This document shows positions 24,821-38,286 of a DNA stretch of 64,000 nucleotides, piece after piece. The notes below the pieces were generated by a model. That model saw only the letters and a program-made list of their open reading frames with translations, searched no databases and was not told the DNA's origin. Each line of letters starts with the position of its first letter. Position 1 is the stretch's first letter. The DNA comes from Flectonema sp. DT1601 (lineage: Eukaryota): assembly GCA_964019425.1 (NCBI GenBank), contig OZ025797.1, positions 1,302,001 to 1,366,000 of the forward strand. Direction: 5' to 3'. Position numbers and translations under genes: made by a program.

Positions 24821-27508
24821 ATGAGTAGGTACAGCAGGGATCGGAATAGTGCTTTTCGGGGGAAGACCCTCACCAGGATATTGGTATTCTGCCTCGGAGT
24901 TATTTTTGCTGTCGGGGCGAATACTGTCATACCAAATGAGAGTGACCTCTTAGTGGCTGATAAAGAAACTGCTGAGAGACTAGGATTTCAAGAAAAGATT
25001 TACAGAGGTGAAGATGGTGACTTCTTAGTTGAGTTTATTAGCAACAGAAGTGCGAAATGTATGGACAGCTCGATTACGGTACCTGGTGAGCGTACTTGGG
25101 ATTTAATTCTGAGAGGGGTGTTGTATTTGGTTGCTTTACTTTACACCTTCTTAGGGATCGCAATCGTTAGTGATATCTTCATGTCTTCAATTGAAAAGAT
25201 AACGGCTGCTAAGACTGTAGTCAAAGTAAACGAAGATGGAACCAGTCACACGATAACAGTAGTCGTATGGAATGAGACTGTTGCTAACTTAACGCTGATG
25301 GCTTTAGGAAGTTCTGCTCCTGAAATCTTAATGGCTTGCATTGAGACCATTCAGACAATGGAAGATCCTCTCCCAGGTGAGTTAGGTGCGAGTACCATTG
25401 TTGGTTCTGCGGCATTCAATTTATTTGTGATTACTGGCGTGTGTGTTTACTACGCATCTGAACCAAAGAAAGTTAAAGAAGTTGGAGTATTTCTAGTGAC
25501 TTCAACTGCTTCAATGTTCGCCTACTTTTGGATGATTGTGACCCTCGTGATCTGGACGCCAGATGTGGTTACAATAGAAGAAGGTGTTCTCACGTTGTTA
25601 TTCTTTCCTTTGTTAGTAATGATTGCTTTCTTTCAAGACAGAGGATGGTTTCGCAAGGGTACCAACACTCCAGTTGAACAAAAGATCGTCTCAGCTCAGA
25701 TAGACGCTGGGCAAATGGACCGCGAAAACATACAACAACTGTGGCGTACGATGAAGAGAGAAGGTCTACAGCTTTCTGAAGAATCTGAACTCGAAGAGCT
25801 TCAGCTTCTGGTCAGAGCAAAGGAATTAGAAAAACAACAACTAAAAGCTGGACTACACGCAGCTCATTGGAGCCGTGCTCAATATCGAATGAATGCAATT
25901 CGTCACTTGGCTAAGAAACCTTGTTTTATTGAACACAAGTCTGGTAGAGAAAAACAAATACTCGAACAGCAATCAATTGTCTCTCCGAGTAATGATCAAA
26001 TAGTTCGTGTTGACAGTCGGGATAATACAAAAGATCTGAAATCGGACAACATTGAAATGAGAAAGCGGAGCTGCACAAATACTTTTCAAAAACTCGGCAG
26101 CAACGCGACAGTAATTGAATGGTCTTCAGCAACTTATTCAGTTGTTGAGAATGAAGGAAGAGTTAAGTTAGCTATCACCAGGTCTGGTAACCTTGACGAA
26201 ACCTCAACAGTGAAATACCACACGAAGTCAGGAACAGCTCTCCCTGTTGTAAAATATGAAGAAGCTGAAGGAACAATTGTCTTTGATCCTCACGAGCTCC
26301 GTAAAGATGTTTATGTTTCTGTGATTGATGACAAACAATATCAAGAAGATCAGTATTTCTTTGTTGTGTTAGACAATCCAAGCTTAGCAGTTCTTGGAGA
26401 AAAGAGAAAAGCAGAAGTGACAATAATCGATGATGACTTACCAGGTAAAATAGAATTCTTAAAACCATACTACTGCTTCCCTGAGAGTTGTGGTGTTGCA
26501 ATTATTACTTTAGTCAGAAGACATGGATCAGATGGTAAGGTCTCAGTAAGAGTTTCTCCAACTGACGGAACTGCCACAAACAACAAAGACTTTGAATTCA
26601 CTGAAGGAAGAGCAGAATTTGAACACGAAGAGACGATGGCAACAATCGCAATTCCAATCACTGATGACAGTTCTTATGAAAAGAATGAAACTTTTCAACT
26701 TACAATTGACGACCCACAAGGTGGAGCACTAATCGGAAGAGTTCAACAATGTCAAATTAGTATCTTAAATGACGATGGTGTTACACAACTAATTGATACC
26801 GTGATGGGTAAGTTAGCAACTGCTAAGGCTAACATGCAAGACAAGATGGAATCATCATCGTGGGCTCAGTTATTCCGCGACGCCGTCACTTTGGCTGCGG
26901 AAGAAGATGAAGAATTGAGTTCGCTGGATTACGCTCTGCACTTCTTAACAATATTCTGGAAAGTTATCTTCGCATTCATTCCTCCGACGTCATATGCTGG
27001 AGGTTGGGCAACTTTCGTCTGCGCTCTTCTTTTCATTGGAATGATAGTCGTGTTTGTAGCTGAGTGCGCGACTTTGTTTGGATGTGTTTGTGGTCTTCCT
27101 GATCCAATCACTGCAATTACTTTTGTAGCACTCGGCACATCCCTCCCAGACCTGTTCGCAAGTAAGACTGCTGTCGATGAGGAAGACTACGCTGACGCTG
27201 CTATTGGTAACATTACTGGTTCTAATAGTGTTAACGTCTTCTTAGGATTGGGACTCCCTTGGGTAATAGCTTCGATATACAAATCATCTAAGGGAGATAC
27301 GTACAACTACCCTGCGGGATCTTTATCCTTCAGTGTTATTATATTTCTAATTTGTGCCGTGCTGTGTCTCTCAGCCTTGGCGTTGAATAGGAAGCTGTAC
27401 GGTGGGGAGTTAGGAGGTCCAAACAAAGCAATAATCTGTGGCTTCATGTGCAGCTTATGGTTTGTTTATGTGATCATGTCTTCACTTAAAGAGAAAGGTA
27501 AATTATAA
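24821..27508 (+). CDS. NCX: Na+/Ca2+ exchanger with two Calx-beta domains
   Basis: Alpha-1 repeat NLTLMALGSSAPE, alpha-2 repeat ALGTSLPD...GNITGSNSVN, two Calx-beta domains and multiple TM helices. Confidence 0.95.
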   Translation: MSRYSRDRNSAFRGKTLTRILVFCLGVIFAVGANTVIPNESDLLVADKETAERLGFQEKIYRGEDGDFLVEFISNRSAKCMDSSITVPGERTWDLILRGVLYLVALLYTFLGIAIVSDIFMSSIEKITAAKTVVKVNEDGTSHTITVVVWNETVANLTLMALGSSAPEILMACIETIQTMEDPLPGELGASTIVGSAAFNLFVITGVCVYYASEPKKVKEVGVFLVTSTASMFAYFWMIVTLVIWTPDVVTIEEGVLTLLFFPLLVMIAFFQDRGWFRKGTNTPVEQKIVSAQIDAGQMDRENIQQLWRTMKREGLQLSEESELEELQLLVRAKELEKQQLKAGLHAAHWSRAQYRMNAIRHLAKKPCFIEHKSGREKQILEQQSIVSPSNDQIVRVDSRDNTKDLKSDNIEMRKRSCTNTFQKLGSNATVIEWSSATYSVVENEGRVKLAITRSGNLDETSTVKYHTKSGTALPVVKYEEAEGTIVFDPHELRKDVYVSVIDDKQYQEDQYFFVVLDNPSLAVLGEKRKAEVTIIDDDLPGKIEFLKPYYCFPESCGVAIITLVRRHGSDGKVSVRVSPTDGTATNNKDFEFTEGRAEFEHEETMATIAIPITDDSSYEKNETFQLTIDDPQGGALIGRVQQCQISILNDDGVTQLIDTVMGKLATAKANMQDKMESSSWAQLFRDAVTLAAEEDEELSSLDYALHFLTIFWKVIFAFIPPTSYAGGWATFVCALLFIGMIVVFVAECATLFGCVCGLPDPITAITFVALGTSLPDLFASKTAVDEEDYADAAIGNITGSNSVNVFLGLGLPWVIASIYKSSKGDTYNYPAGSLSFSVIIFLICAVLCLSALALNRKLYGGELGGPNKAIICGFMCSLWFVYVIMSSLKEKGKL

Positions 27509-29477
27509 ATCTAAGCTCGGAGGTGTGTAACTCGTTTCTTTTAACTTTCAATCAAAAAGGAAGAAATAAATAAAATAATAAAAACAGCTGCTGCTAACCA
27601 CTCACTTGAATTAATAAAATCTTGTTGCTCACTTATCGCGTGGTGATTGTATGTGAGACACTTATCTCTTTGTCACTACTTGAAGGTCGTGTTGGTTTCA
27701 TTGCGATAATCTTTTAAGCAAAACAGGAGTAGGAGCGACGTTCTTTTTGATTCCCACCTCTCTCGTTTCCAAAGGAGTGTTTTGTTTAAGTTTCACCCTC
27801 TGAGAGCAATCAACTACAATAGTAAGCTACTGGTATCACCCACACGTTACACACAAAACTACATCACTCTCTTGTTGTTGTCATCTGAGAAGGGAAGTAC
27901 TTGTAGTTGAAATGTCTGTCAGTAATAAATGTATATTTTCGTTTACCTGTTTCTCTCTCTCCTTTTTGTTTTCCCGATCACTGATTCTCCTCTCCCTCCC
28001 AACAAGTTACCTCCCACGTGTTCTATACCGACTGAAGTAGGAGACTGAATGGCTGCTCAGATGTCCCCCCACAATTGGGTTGCACCGCCAATTCCACTCG
28101 GATTCAGGCTCGCTGTTCCTGTTACTTATTGTTAAGGGAACAGGGGAAAAAAAAAAAGAAAAAAAGTTCTTCCAGTTCTTCAAATAATCTTTGACCTAAT
28201 AATCTCTGCCTATGTTTTTCCAAAAGTTTTTTTTCTTCACTTCATGTGTACCTGGCTGTTTATTTGGTTCCCCTTTTACAACATTAGAGAGAAGAAGTTA
28301 CTACGTTACGTAGTGTCCACTCTCTAAATTAAAAGGAAGAAGCCATAATTGACATCCGTCCTCTTCACCTATTTTCCCCTCTCTGTTAATCCCATCCATA
28401 GTTAGGAACAGTTTTTACAGACCGTCTTCGATCCTTTATTTCTGAAGAGTGTTAGGAAGTCGTAGCAACGAACTTCAGAACATTCTCATTCTCTTTTGTT
28501 TTCATTCATACGAGAGCAGGCAGGAAGACACACCTCACAACACTCATACGCCCGGAGTGTGAAGTGATAGTTTAGTTGTAATCATTTCTTTCTTGAGCTT
28601 TGCTTAGCTCATATTCGCTGGAGGGCTTCCCTCTCGTTCCTCCCATTCTTATTTACAATGAGGTGTGAACGATGTTACCTTTCCAGGGACCATCATCACA
28701 CTGTAGAAATGAATAAACACGACGGTGAACCAGGAGGGCAGCAAAAAAAAGAAAAGTTAAGAAAATTGGGCAGCTTGCAGAAAGTGAAAACATCCTCCGC
28801 CCCACTCAAATGTTTGTTGGAATTTAAGAAAAAGAAAGCAAAGAGGGAGATTTCAATTTATATTTTTCATTTTTTTTAAAAAATATATTTTTGCTTTTAT
28901 TTTATTTTCAACTTGTCCGTCATGACGACGAGAAGTCGAGAAGTTAGCCAACTCATCAGAAGGAAAATTGAAGTTGCAAACTTCTGAAATCGCTTGTTGA
29001 AAGCTGTACAAGTAGCAGGTAGGGAATGCTGCCAATTCTCTTTCTTCCCCTCAGTTTGCAAATACATGGCAACTGGTGTGAGGGAATAGTGGCGACGTTC
29101 TTCCTACACCTAACTCTTACTCAGTAAGGGTTACCCTTATTTTTCATCTTCTTCTTTTGCACTTTCCTCTCTGCAAAAAAAAAAACAAAAAGTAAAAAAA
29201 AAAAAAAAAAAAAACCCTTTAATTTTTATTTTTCCCTTTTATTATTAATATTTATTTACCCGCACCGTCATCTCACCCTTTTTTTTTCTTTTCTTCTTTT
29301 TTACAAGAGCCTCAGGGCAGAATTGTAAATTGTTTCCCACCTTTTACTTTATTTCTAACAGGGGTATTTATAAAAAAAAAAAAAAAAAAAACTGTTTTTA
29401 TGTTTCAAAAGTTAGATTGTTAGAAGTAAGCAGTTCCTTAATCAAATTCAAAAAAAATAAAAATAAAATAAAATAAG

Positions 29478-30726
29478 ATGCAAATAACGCATCAAGTGAC
29501 TGTGCCTATTAGCGGGTCAGATATCTGTGGCGTAGAAGGCGGTCATTCAGGTGAGTATTTAGTAGTCAAAAGAAGGGACAGTGAAGATGATGTATTTCCT
29601 TTAAGAAAAGGATGTTCAGGATTAAAGATAAAAAGTGAAGCCCTTTGTGTAGTCCCAACTAATGATTCTTGCAATGAATCAGTTGTGATTTCTTTTATTA
29701 AAACAGAAATAGTAAATCAACTAAAAGTTGTTAGTCATAGAATGTGTGATAAGGTTTGGGTCAATCAGTCAATTCACTTTTTACCATTTTCAAATAATTA
29801 CTTGTCCTCGAGTTCTGACTCTCCATCTCTTCTAACGATCAGAAACACACCTCAGTTTGAGGTGGCAGAAATCTCTTTAAAAAGCTCTTTCAGATTCCTC
29901 TGTCTGATTTCTGAAGGAACAGCTACCGTCTTTGAAGTTGTATTTGGAAACGATCCCGAGCCGGGCGGGTTACTAAAATTAAAATGGCAGGTCGCATCAT
30001 CAGATATTCAACCTTACAGTTCTTCACCTGCAGTTTTAACTCCAAAATATCTCACGATTGGTATTCAAAATGATGTTCTCGTTTCGTATGTCACAAACGA
30101 CAGGACGAAGAGTGGACGTCATTCGATCGACACGGCAGATAATTTTAAACAACTAGTGGCGTTGGCGAATAATAAAATACTTGCTTTGACTTCGTCAGGG
30201 CTGCTGTTCATCCTCAGCCTCTCGATGCCGTTTTGTGCTGCTCCTTCTGTTCTGCAAGTCATCCCTCCAACGGAATCAAGAGTCACACAAATAGCAGCAT
30301 TTCCAACCTTCTTGGAGCCGTTTGTTCACACGTGGAATTGTTTGGGTGCTTTCGGTTGCAGTGACGGGGTGTGTGATTTTCATGTTATTTTTTTTATATT
30401 TATTTGGAAAAACTGATCATTATTACCTTCAGTTACAAATCTCAAGAAGCACCACACAAAAACACAACCAGACGATATCTTATTGCCAACTAGGAAGATT
30501 ACTATCATCTGCGGGTAAACTAACTCGTACTAAAGTTAGTAACGATGTTAATGTTCTCTACGGAGACAGTTCACAAGATAGTGCGAAAGCTTCCATCACA
30601 GCAGAGCAGGTTGCTTATATCGGATCGGAAGTAAACTTCATATCGATGGTTCCCCCTCAGGCGATATTTATTGTTGCTAATGATCCACCTCGTTTATTGA
30701 TGTCTGTACTTCCTATTCCATCGTAG
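29478..30726 (+). CDS. Hypothetical beta-rich (propeller-like) protein, 2 exons (intron 30369-30471)
   Basis: GTGTGT...AACCAG intron joins the two ORFs in frame (CSDG|TISYCQL). Confidence 0.65.
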
Positions 30727-31043
30727 TCTACTCTACCTGAGATACAGGTCATTGTTTATTAGACAGTAGAGAGACAAACTCTTGAGTTGCAAAACATAGA
30801 CGTGTTTGCATATTTGTAGATTATCGCAGCGTTTATTTTTGTGAAACGCAAGGCAGTCGATCGTTTGCATCGCAGCAACTGCAACCATCTGAACGACAGC
30901 TCTGGTTGTCGTGAAAGAAGTTTACCGTCAGATTACTGTTTCGACTTTACCTTCTTCCTACAGCAGTGAAACTATTGTAGTCGCGTTGAAGATGTTTGTT
31001 TTGTTCGTAGGATATTAGGATATGATATGAGATGTTATTTTAA

Positions 31044-32514
<1,471 letters not shown>

Positions 32515-33356
32515 GCATCCCTTAATGGCTAAAAAACAACTTCCTCTCTTCCCTTCTCCGCAGCCCTGAAAATGGTCTAAAAAGCTGCTTGTAATGTGAG
32601 CAATTAAAAATAAACTTTTCGTTGCCCCTCATTGCAAGTTTGATGTACATCGTTCTCTCTCTTCTCATTTAGGATTTGCGTGAAATGTGAATTCGTATCC
32701 CAATTCCCTTCTCATTGTGTAGAACCCATTTTCCTTAAAAAAAAAGAATCATCAAAAAAAATAAATAAATTCGCGTGTTAAAGTCGGAATCGTCCAGAGT
32801 TTCGAGTTCGGAAGGACAAGACCGTTTATAAATTAAACAAAAGTAAGAACTGTTGAAACTCTCGGTCTTCTGTTTTTAAAATGAAAGGACGCGCGAATAA
32901 TGTGGGGAGTTAGATTTCCTTTTGTTTGTTAATCGGTGGTTTGGAAGGAAAAAAAAAAAAAAAAAAAGAAACGAAAATTAGTTTTCTTTTTCTTTTTCCT
33001 TTTCTTTTTTTTTCCTCCAACACCGAGTCCAGACACAAAAGATTTCAAAAACAAACTCACCAAAACTTTACTTTTTTTTTTATTTTTACGATTTACTTGC
33101 TTGTGAATAAGTAAAGTATTTCGTGCTCGTTATATTTTATGTCACATCAGCAAGCGATGTTATTATTACTCAATTCACTGTCAGTATCGCTAAAAGATGA
33201 TCAGAGAAGTTGATTTCTATTCAAAACCTGTTGGCACCCAACATGGAGATGTGGGCGCAGGCAACGGAGAACATTATTATTACCCTTCTGGGCCTTCATG
33301 TCTTTATTAATTCGATTATTTTTTACTGTCAGGTGACCAGCCGACACAGACAAACC

Positions 33357-35585
33357 ATGAAGGCTGCGTTAAGGTTAATACCGTTGGCAGTCATAATAAT
33401 ATTTTATGTGATGTACGTCGGGTCTTCATCAGGTCCTGAGAAGAGCTTTCCTGTTTCAATTCCTTCGCGTGTTGTTGAAGAGAAGAGAACAGCAACTCTA
33501 TCACCTACTCCACTACCACGTACATCACCACCGAAACCAGTACCAACACCGTCACCGACGGAGGGAGTTTGGAGAGAACCTCAAAGATGTAACTCCGACA
33601 GTATGTGTGCTCCAAATATCTTCGCTATCTCAGCTGTGAGCGGAGGAGTTGGAACTCTTTTAGACGTACTGACAGGAGGAGGTTTTCGTTTGAATGTCAC
33701 TCTGCCATCATACAAAGTCCCATTTTGGGGAGAAACCTACAACTCCAACACCTTCAACAGTACAATGCGTCATATGGGACTCAGTTCTTATTGTGCTTTA
33801 TTCAAGAAAGGACTTGGGACTTATGGTTTAGATTATTCTGATCAATATTTAACTACTTCAGGGACACCTGAAGATATTTATTATCATATTCCTAGTGCGA
33901 AGATTATTATTATTTTATCTGATCCTGCAATCAGAGTTCTGTCTCACAGAGCTGTCTTTCCTTTTACTTTAATGTCACAAAAGAAACGAAGCCTCCTTCC
34001 AACTGATGATATTCTCAAAGACATCTCTCGATACAAGTCTTGTATGTTATCAAAACCGAAGGGTCCTATTTTAGATTATCGATCCTTGTGTCGGCAGAAA
34101 AGTTTTCTCTTCAGCAGTTTTTACAGCGAATCCATCCGTCGGTGGTGGCGCGTATTTGATCAAAAGAATGTCTTAGTGTTGTATGAGAATGATTTAAAAA
34201 GAGAAAGCAATCGAACTCTTCTGGAAGGTATGAAACAATTTATTGGTGTCGGTGACACTGATGTCTATTTTAACGGATCTTATCGAAAGGATACCGTCGT
34301 TGATAAGATTGTTGCTGAAAATGGAGAACTTCTCAATGAACTTTATCATTTATTCTCTGAGGAAACTAATGTTTTGGAAACCATGCTTGGATCGACTCCT
34401 CCTTGGAAACATCTTATAGCAGATGAAAGTGATTATAAAAACAGAAGTATTTTTTCATCGTGGTTAGACGCTACTAATCAGATCAAAGAAAGTACGACGA
34501 CTGTAACAACAAGTCTCCCACAATATGAGATCAAAACTCCGATATTAGAACCGACTCGTGAGACTTCACAATGTGATTATAATGAATTAAGAAATAACTC
34601 ATTCCCATCTGTGTTCTTATTGGGATCTCAAAAGTGTGCGACGTCAACTTTATCTTCGATATTAAAACTTCATCCACAACTGTTTACAACTATTCACAAA
34701 GAAGTTCAATGGTTTGCGACTGGTTATGGTCCAAGTGACGCTCCTTGGCATCAACACCACTTAGAGAAAAGAAGTCTCGGAACCAATTGGTACCAAGATC
34801 AGTTCAAAGCTACAAAAACAGACTCATTAAAACTCGGTATTGACTGCAGTGCTAACTACATGTCCTCTTTCGGTGCCGCTGATGAAGTTTCTGAATTGCT
34901 TCCAAAGGGAGTAAAATTAATTATTTCTCTTTGCGATCCGGTTCAAAGAGCATACAGCATGTTTAGAATGTGGTCATCACAAGCTGTTTACGCGAGAGGT
35001 TATCCAATCGGAAATAGATATGATTTTCTAATTAAAAAAAACAAAAGTGATCCGTTCTACGCTGCAGTACAAGCAGAGGCCGCAGACTACGTTTATTGTA
35101 TCGAAAACGGTCCTTATAATATGTTTGGATCCGAGTACTCGACTACAGAATATTGTGAGTCTCGTTCAGTACTTCTTCATAGAGGACTTTATGTTCGTCA
35201 TCTTCAGAGATGGATCAAGAGATTTGGTTCGTCGAATACGTTGGTGTTGTTCAAATCCGAAATTGCTTCCTCTCCTCTTTCTGTTCTTCGCAAAGTTGAG
35301 AAGTTTCTCTGTTTGGATGAAGTACCTGAGTCGTCAATCGATTCTGTAAAACTTCATTCTCATCACAACGTTGATCCTTTTGACTGTAATCAATTGAAGT
35401 CTAAGATTAAAGGAACAGTTGAGTGTAGTGGAAACCATTGGGATGATCTATCAAAAACTGTACGTCAAGGAATCTCTCCTGAAGCAATGGACTTTCTCGA
35501 ATCTTTTTACAAGTGTGAAGAAGGAGATCTTCGCAATTTATTACAAATGGACGAGCTACCCGGCTGGCGGGATCAAAAGAAGTAA
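33357..35585 (+). CDS. Type II membrane protein with two heparan-sulfate-sulfotransferase-like domains
   Basis: N-terminal TM helix. Domain 2 has GSQKCATSTL, KEVQWF and LCDPVQRAYS. Domain 1 has degenerate equivalents (SAVSGGVGTL, LSDPAIRVLS). Confidence 0.82.
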   Translation: MKAALRLIPLAVIIIFYVMYVGSSSGPEKSFPVSIPSRVVEEKRTATLSPTPLPRTSPPKPVPTPSPTEGVWREPQRCNSDSMCAPNIFAISAVSGGVGTLLDVLTGGGFRLNVTLPSYKVPFWGETYNSNTFNSTMRHMGLSSYCALFKKGLGTYGLDYSDQYLTTSGTPEDIYYHIPSAKIIIILSDPAIRVLSHRAVFPFTLMSQKKRSLLPTDDILKDISRYKSCMLSKPKGPILDYRSLCRQKSFLFSSFYSESIRRWWRVFDQKNVLVLYENDLKRESNRTLLEGMKQFIGVGDTDVYFNGSYRKDTVVDKIVAENGELLNELYHLFSEETNVLETMLGSTPPWKHLIADESDYKNRSIFSSWLDATNQIKESTTTVTTSLPQYEIKTPILEPTRETSQCDYNELRNNSFPSVFLLGSQKCATSTLSSILKLHPQLFTTIHKEVQWFATGYGPSDAPWHQHHLEKRSLGTNWYQDQFKATKTDSLKLGIDCSANYMSSFGAADEVSELLPKGVKLIISLCDPVQRAYSMFRMWSSQAVYARGYPIGNRYDFLIKKNKSDPFYAAVQAEAADYVYCIENGPYNMFGSEYSTTEYCESRSVLLHRGLYVRHLQRWIKRFGSSNTLVLFKSEIASSPLSVLRKVEKFLCLDEVPESSIDSVKLHSHHNVDPFDCNQLKSKIKGTVECSGNHWDDLSKTVRQGISPEAMDFLESFYKCEEGDLRNLLQMDELPGWRDQKK

Positions 35586-36156
35586 TTTATTTGTTGAATC
35601 GAAATATTCAAATTCAAAGCTCTCTCACGTATCACTTGATGGTTCTTTATTACAATCAAATCAAGTGAAAATAGTTCAGTCTTCTGTCTCCATCCGATAT
35701 CCTGTTGCACACTGAACGGTTTAATTAAACGACGTTTTTCTTTTTTTTTTTTTTGTTTTGTTTTGTTGAAATCTTTCTATATTCTCAAAGAAGAACAAGT
35801 GAGAAAAACAAATGAAAATAGAACTTATTTATTGAACTGTCATCTATTCAAGAGATTTTCTTTTTATGTATTTGTTCTCATGGAAAATAGGGAGAAAATG
35901 ACTCGGTGGCTATAGAACTACCGTAAGCAAGTATTCAGAAGTACGGAATCTGTGATTAGTTAGGCAGCTGGAGCACCTTCTCCCCAACCCTCTTGACCGT
36001 CAGCTAATCAAACTATTAATTACTATTTTCTGTCAAAGTTAATTATAATAAATGTTAGGTGTCGGAGGTCAATAAACTGGATTCGTACTTCAGACAATAA
36101 TTTTCATAAGTTGAAGGGTCTCATTAAAACTTTATATTCTCAAATCAGTTATTAAA

Positions 36157-37299
36157 ATGAACCCCAACGGCTGCTCGGAAGCCATGGTGCTCCCAAGGAA
36201 GATGCCCTCAGAGGACACTTGCTGGGCATTAGCACCAAGGGAATACCGGTCTGGGGGTGGCTGTGCAGCGGAGCTGAGGATAGAATGCCAGCGAGTCTTC
36301 TGTGAGTGTGTTGGGGAAAATGAAACTTGCGAAGTGATGGAATCGTGTGCGGGTAAGATGTACAAATGTATCGACACGTGGAAGGGGTTCACTCCAGAGT
36401 GCTCAACGTACATGGGATGTGTTAGAGATAACAGAAATATATACGTCGACTGGAAATCCTGCATCAGAAGTATGGCACCGACCACGTCGTGTGACGTTGT
36501 TTCAATGTGCGGAGGGACCATATTGGCTGGAGAGAAACCAGTTCCACGGCAGTTGGAATTTGCTATTCTGATGGTCCTCGCAATTGGTTTGACATCAGCC
36601 GTGTGGTTGCTATCGAGGAGAAGTAGGATGGCCATAACTCACCACACCAGAGGAAGACTTAGGGTAGCTTTCTCACCACCTTCACATCCGCAATCTGCTG
36701 AAGAAACACCTCCACCGCCACCAATAATTGTCGCTGATCAGATATTTTCATGTTGTTGCTGCCGTTCAACTTCAGGTGGTGATCTGGTTCACTCGATTGT
36801 GATTCCATGCGGATGTGGTTTGTGTTTGAAGTGTTCCCCTTCGACGGATAAGCCGATGAAAGTCTGCCCGTCGTGTGGAGATGACGGAGAAGGAGGTGTC
36901 TCAATGCAGATTACATTATTAAGTGACCTGATGGCTTCTAGAATGAATAATTCAGAGTTTGGGAGTTGCGAAGACCTTGACGATGCCTGTCGTATCCTTC
37001 CAAACAGACCTTCTTCAAGAGATTGTGTTGTTTGTTTTGATGCTCCAACATCAGTAGCGTTCCTCCCATGTAAACATCTGGCTTCATGTCATCCCTGTGC
37101 GCTTAAGATATGTAATGGGAAAGCAGAGTGTCACATATGTCGTGAGCCAATAGTGGCGTCGATTGAGTTGTCGGCACTCGCTTCTCGGGAAGTTGCGAAC
37201 CCACTTTGTAGTTCTCCAGCTTCTCCAACTTCACCAATTTCAATTGATGTTCTCATTGAAGAAGAAGTGGTGGCTGAGAATAATAAGTCTTTGGATTGA
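36157..37299 (+). CDS. Transmembrane RING-type E3 ligase-like protein (Cys-rich N-terminus, TM, two RING-like domains)
   Basis: CVVCFDAP...PCKHLASCHPC...CHICR (C3HC4). A second degenerate RING reads PCGCGLCLKC...CPSC. Confidence 0.8.
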   Translation: MNPNGCSEAMVLPRKMPSEDTCWALAPREYRSGGGCAAELRIECQRVFCECVGENETCEVMESCAGKMYKCIDTWKGFTPECSTYMGCVRDNRNIYVDWKSCIRSMAPTTSCDVVSMCGGTILAGEKPVPRQLEFAILMVLAIGLTSAVWLLSRRSRMAITHHTRGRLRVAFSPPSHPQSAEETPPPPPIIVADQIFSCCCCRSTSGGDLVHSIVIPCGCGLCLKCSPSTDKPMKVCPSCGDDGEGGVSMQITLLSDLMASRMNNSEFGSCEDLDDACRILPNRPSSRDCVVCFDAPTSVAFLPCKHLASCHPCALKICNGKAECHICREPIVASIELSALASREVANPLCSSPASPTSPISIDVLIEEEVVAENNKSLD

Positions 37300-38286
37300 A
37301 TGACTTCATCAGAAGTTCTACAGACTGCTATTACTTTAATCCCCACCTCTATCCCGTAGTGAAACAAATAAATGGTGTGCAGCATCCTTATTCTTCTGAA
37401 GGGACTTGCGATCTGCCTACCGAAGGGACAGAGAGAGATACAGCGATTCATCATAGCGTAACTCCAACACGCACTCTTGTTCAATACTGAATCTGACTGT
37501 CATGGTCATTATTTATTTTGTGTTTTTATTCTTTTTGTTGTTACAATTTGTTATCAAAAATACTCCGGAAAGTTTTTTGATTGCACCTGTGATCACCTGT
37601 GTTCGTGTTTCTAGTTAGCTTCTAATAAAAATATAAGTTTTGTTTATTTTTTAAGGATCTTTTTTTTCTTCCTTCCGTTGCTGTACTATTCCGATTGTGG
37701 GGATTTTATTTGTCCAAAATTGGAAATCTGTCGGAGTTGTCTCCTCCGATGGATTGCAGATCGTCGTTTTTCAGAACAAAAGAAATGTACCGAGAACTAT
37801 CTGACTGTTGTTCTCAGCCGCATCTCAAACTATTAAAAAAGAGCACAGAAAATGTAATCACGGAGTTCAGCAACAAACTGTACTTGTACATTAATTGCTT
37901 TCGATTGTTTACATAAGAAGTGTTTTGTTTGTCTTTCCTGAAGAGATATTCCCAAAATGGACTTTGGTCAGTTTTGAATAAAAAAAATGGAGTACCTTTT
38001 CCGTTTTCCCCCTTTTTTTTTTCTTCTTTTTTCAGTATTTTGTAATCGGTTTTCTGGTTTTTGTGCGTTTCTTCATTGCTGTTGCTTTTGAGGTTTTCTT
38101 AGACTTCGGTAGTTGTACCAATTTAGTGACTTTCTGAGGGGGCTGAAATTCGTGTTCAGCAGCAACACAACTGCGAGGAGGAGTTTGACGTTGCAGAAAT
38201 GATTCTCTGAATTACTTCGTTTTGTTTCAACAAATCTTATTAAATCAGGTCTGCTAACAAATAATAATAATAATAATAATAATAAT

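Noticed and set aside
27600..29400. Possible minus-strand multi-exon gene (several reverse donor-like motifs)
   Set aside because: No coherent spliced ORF could be assembled.
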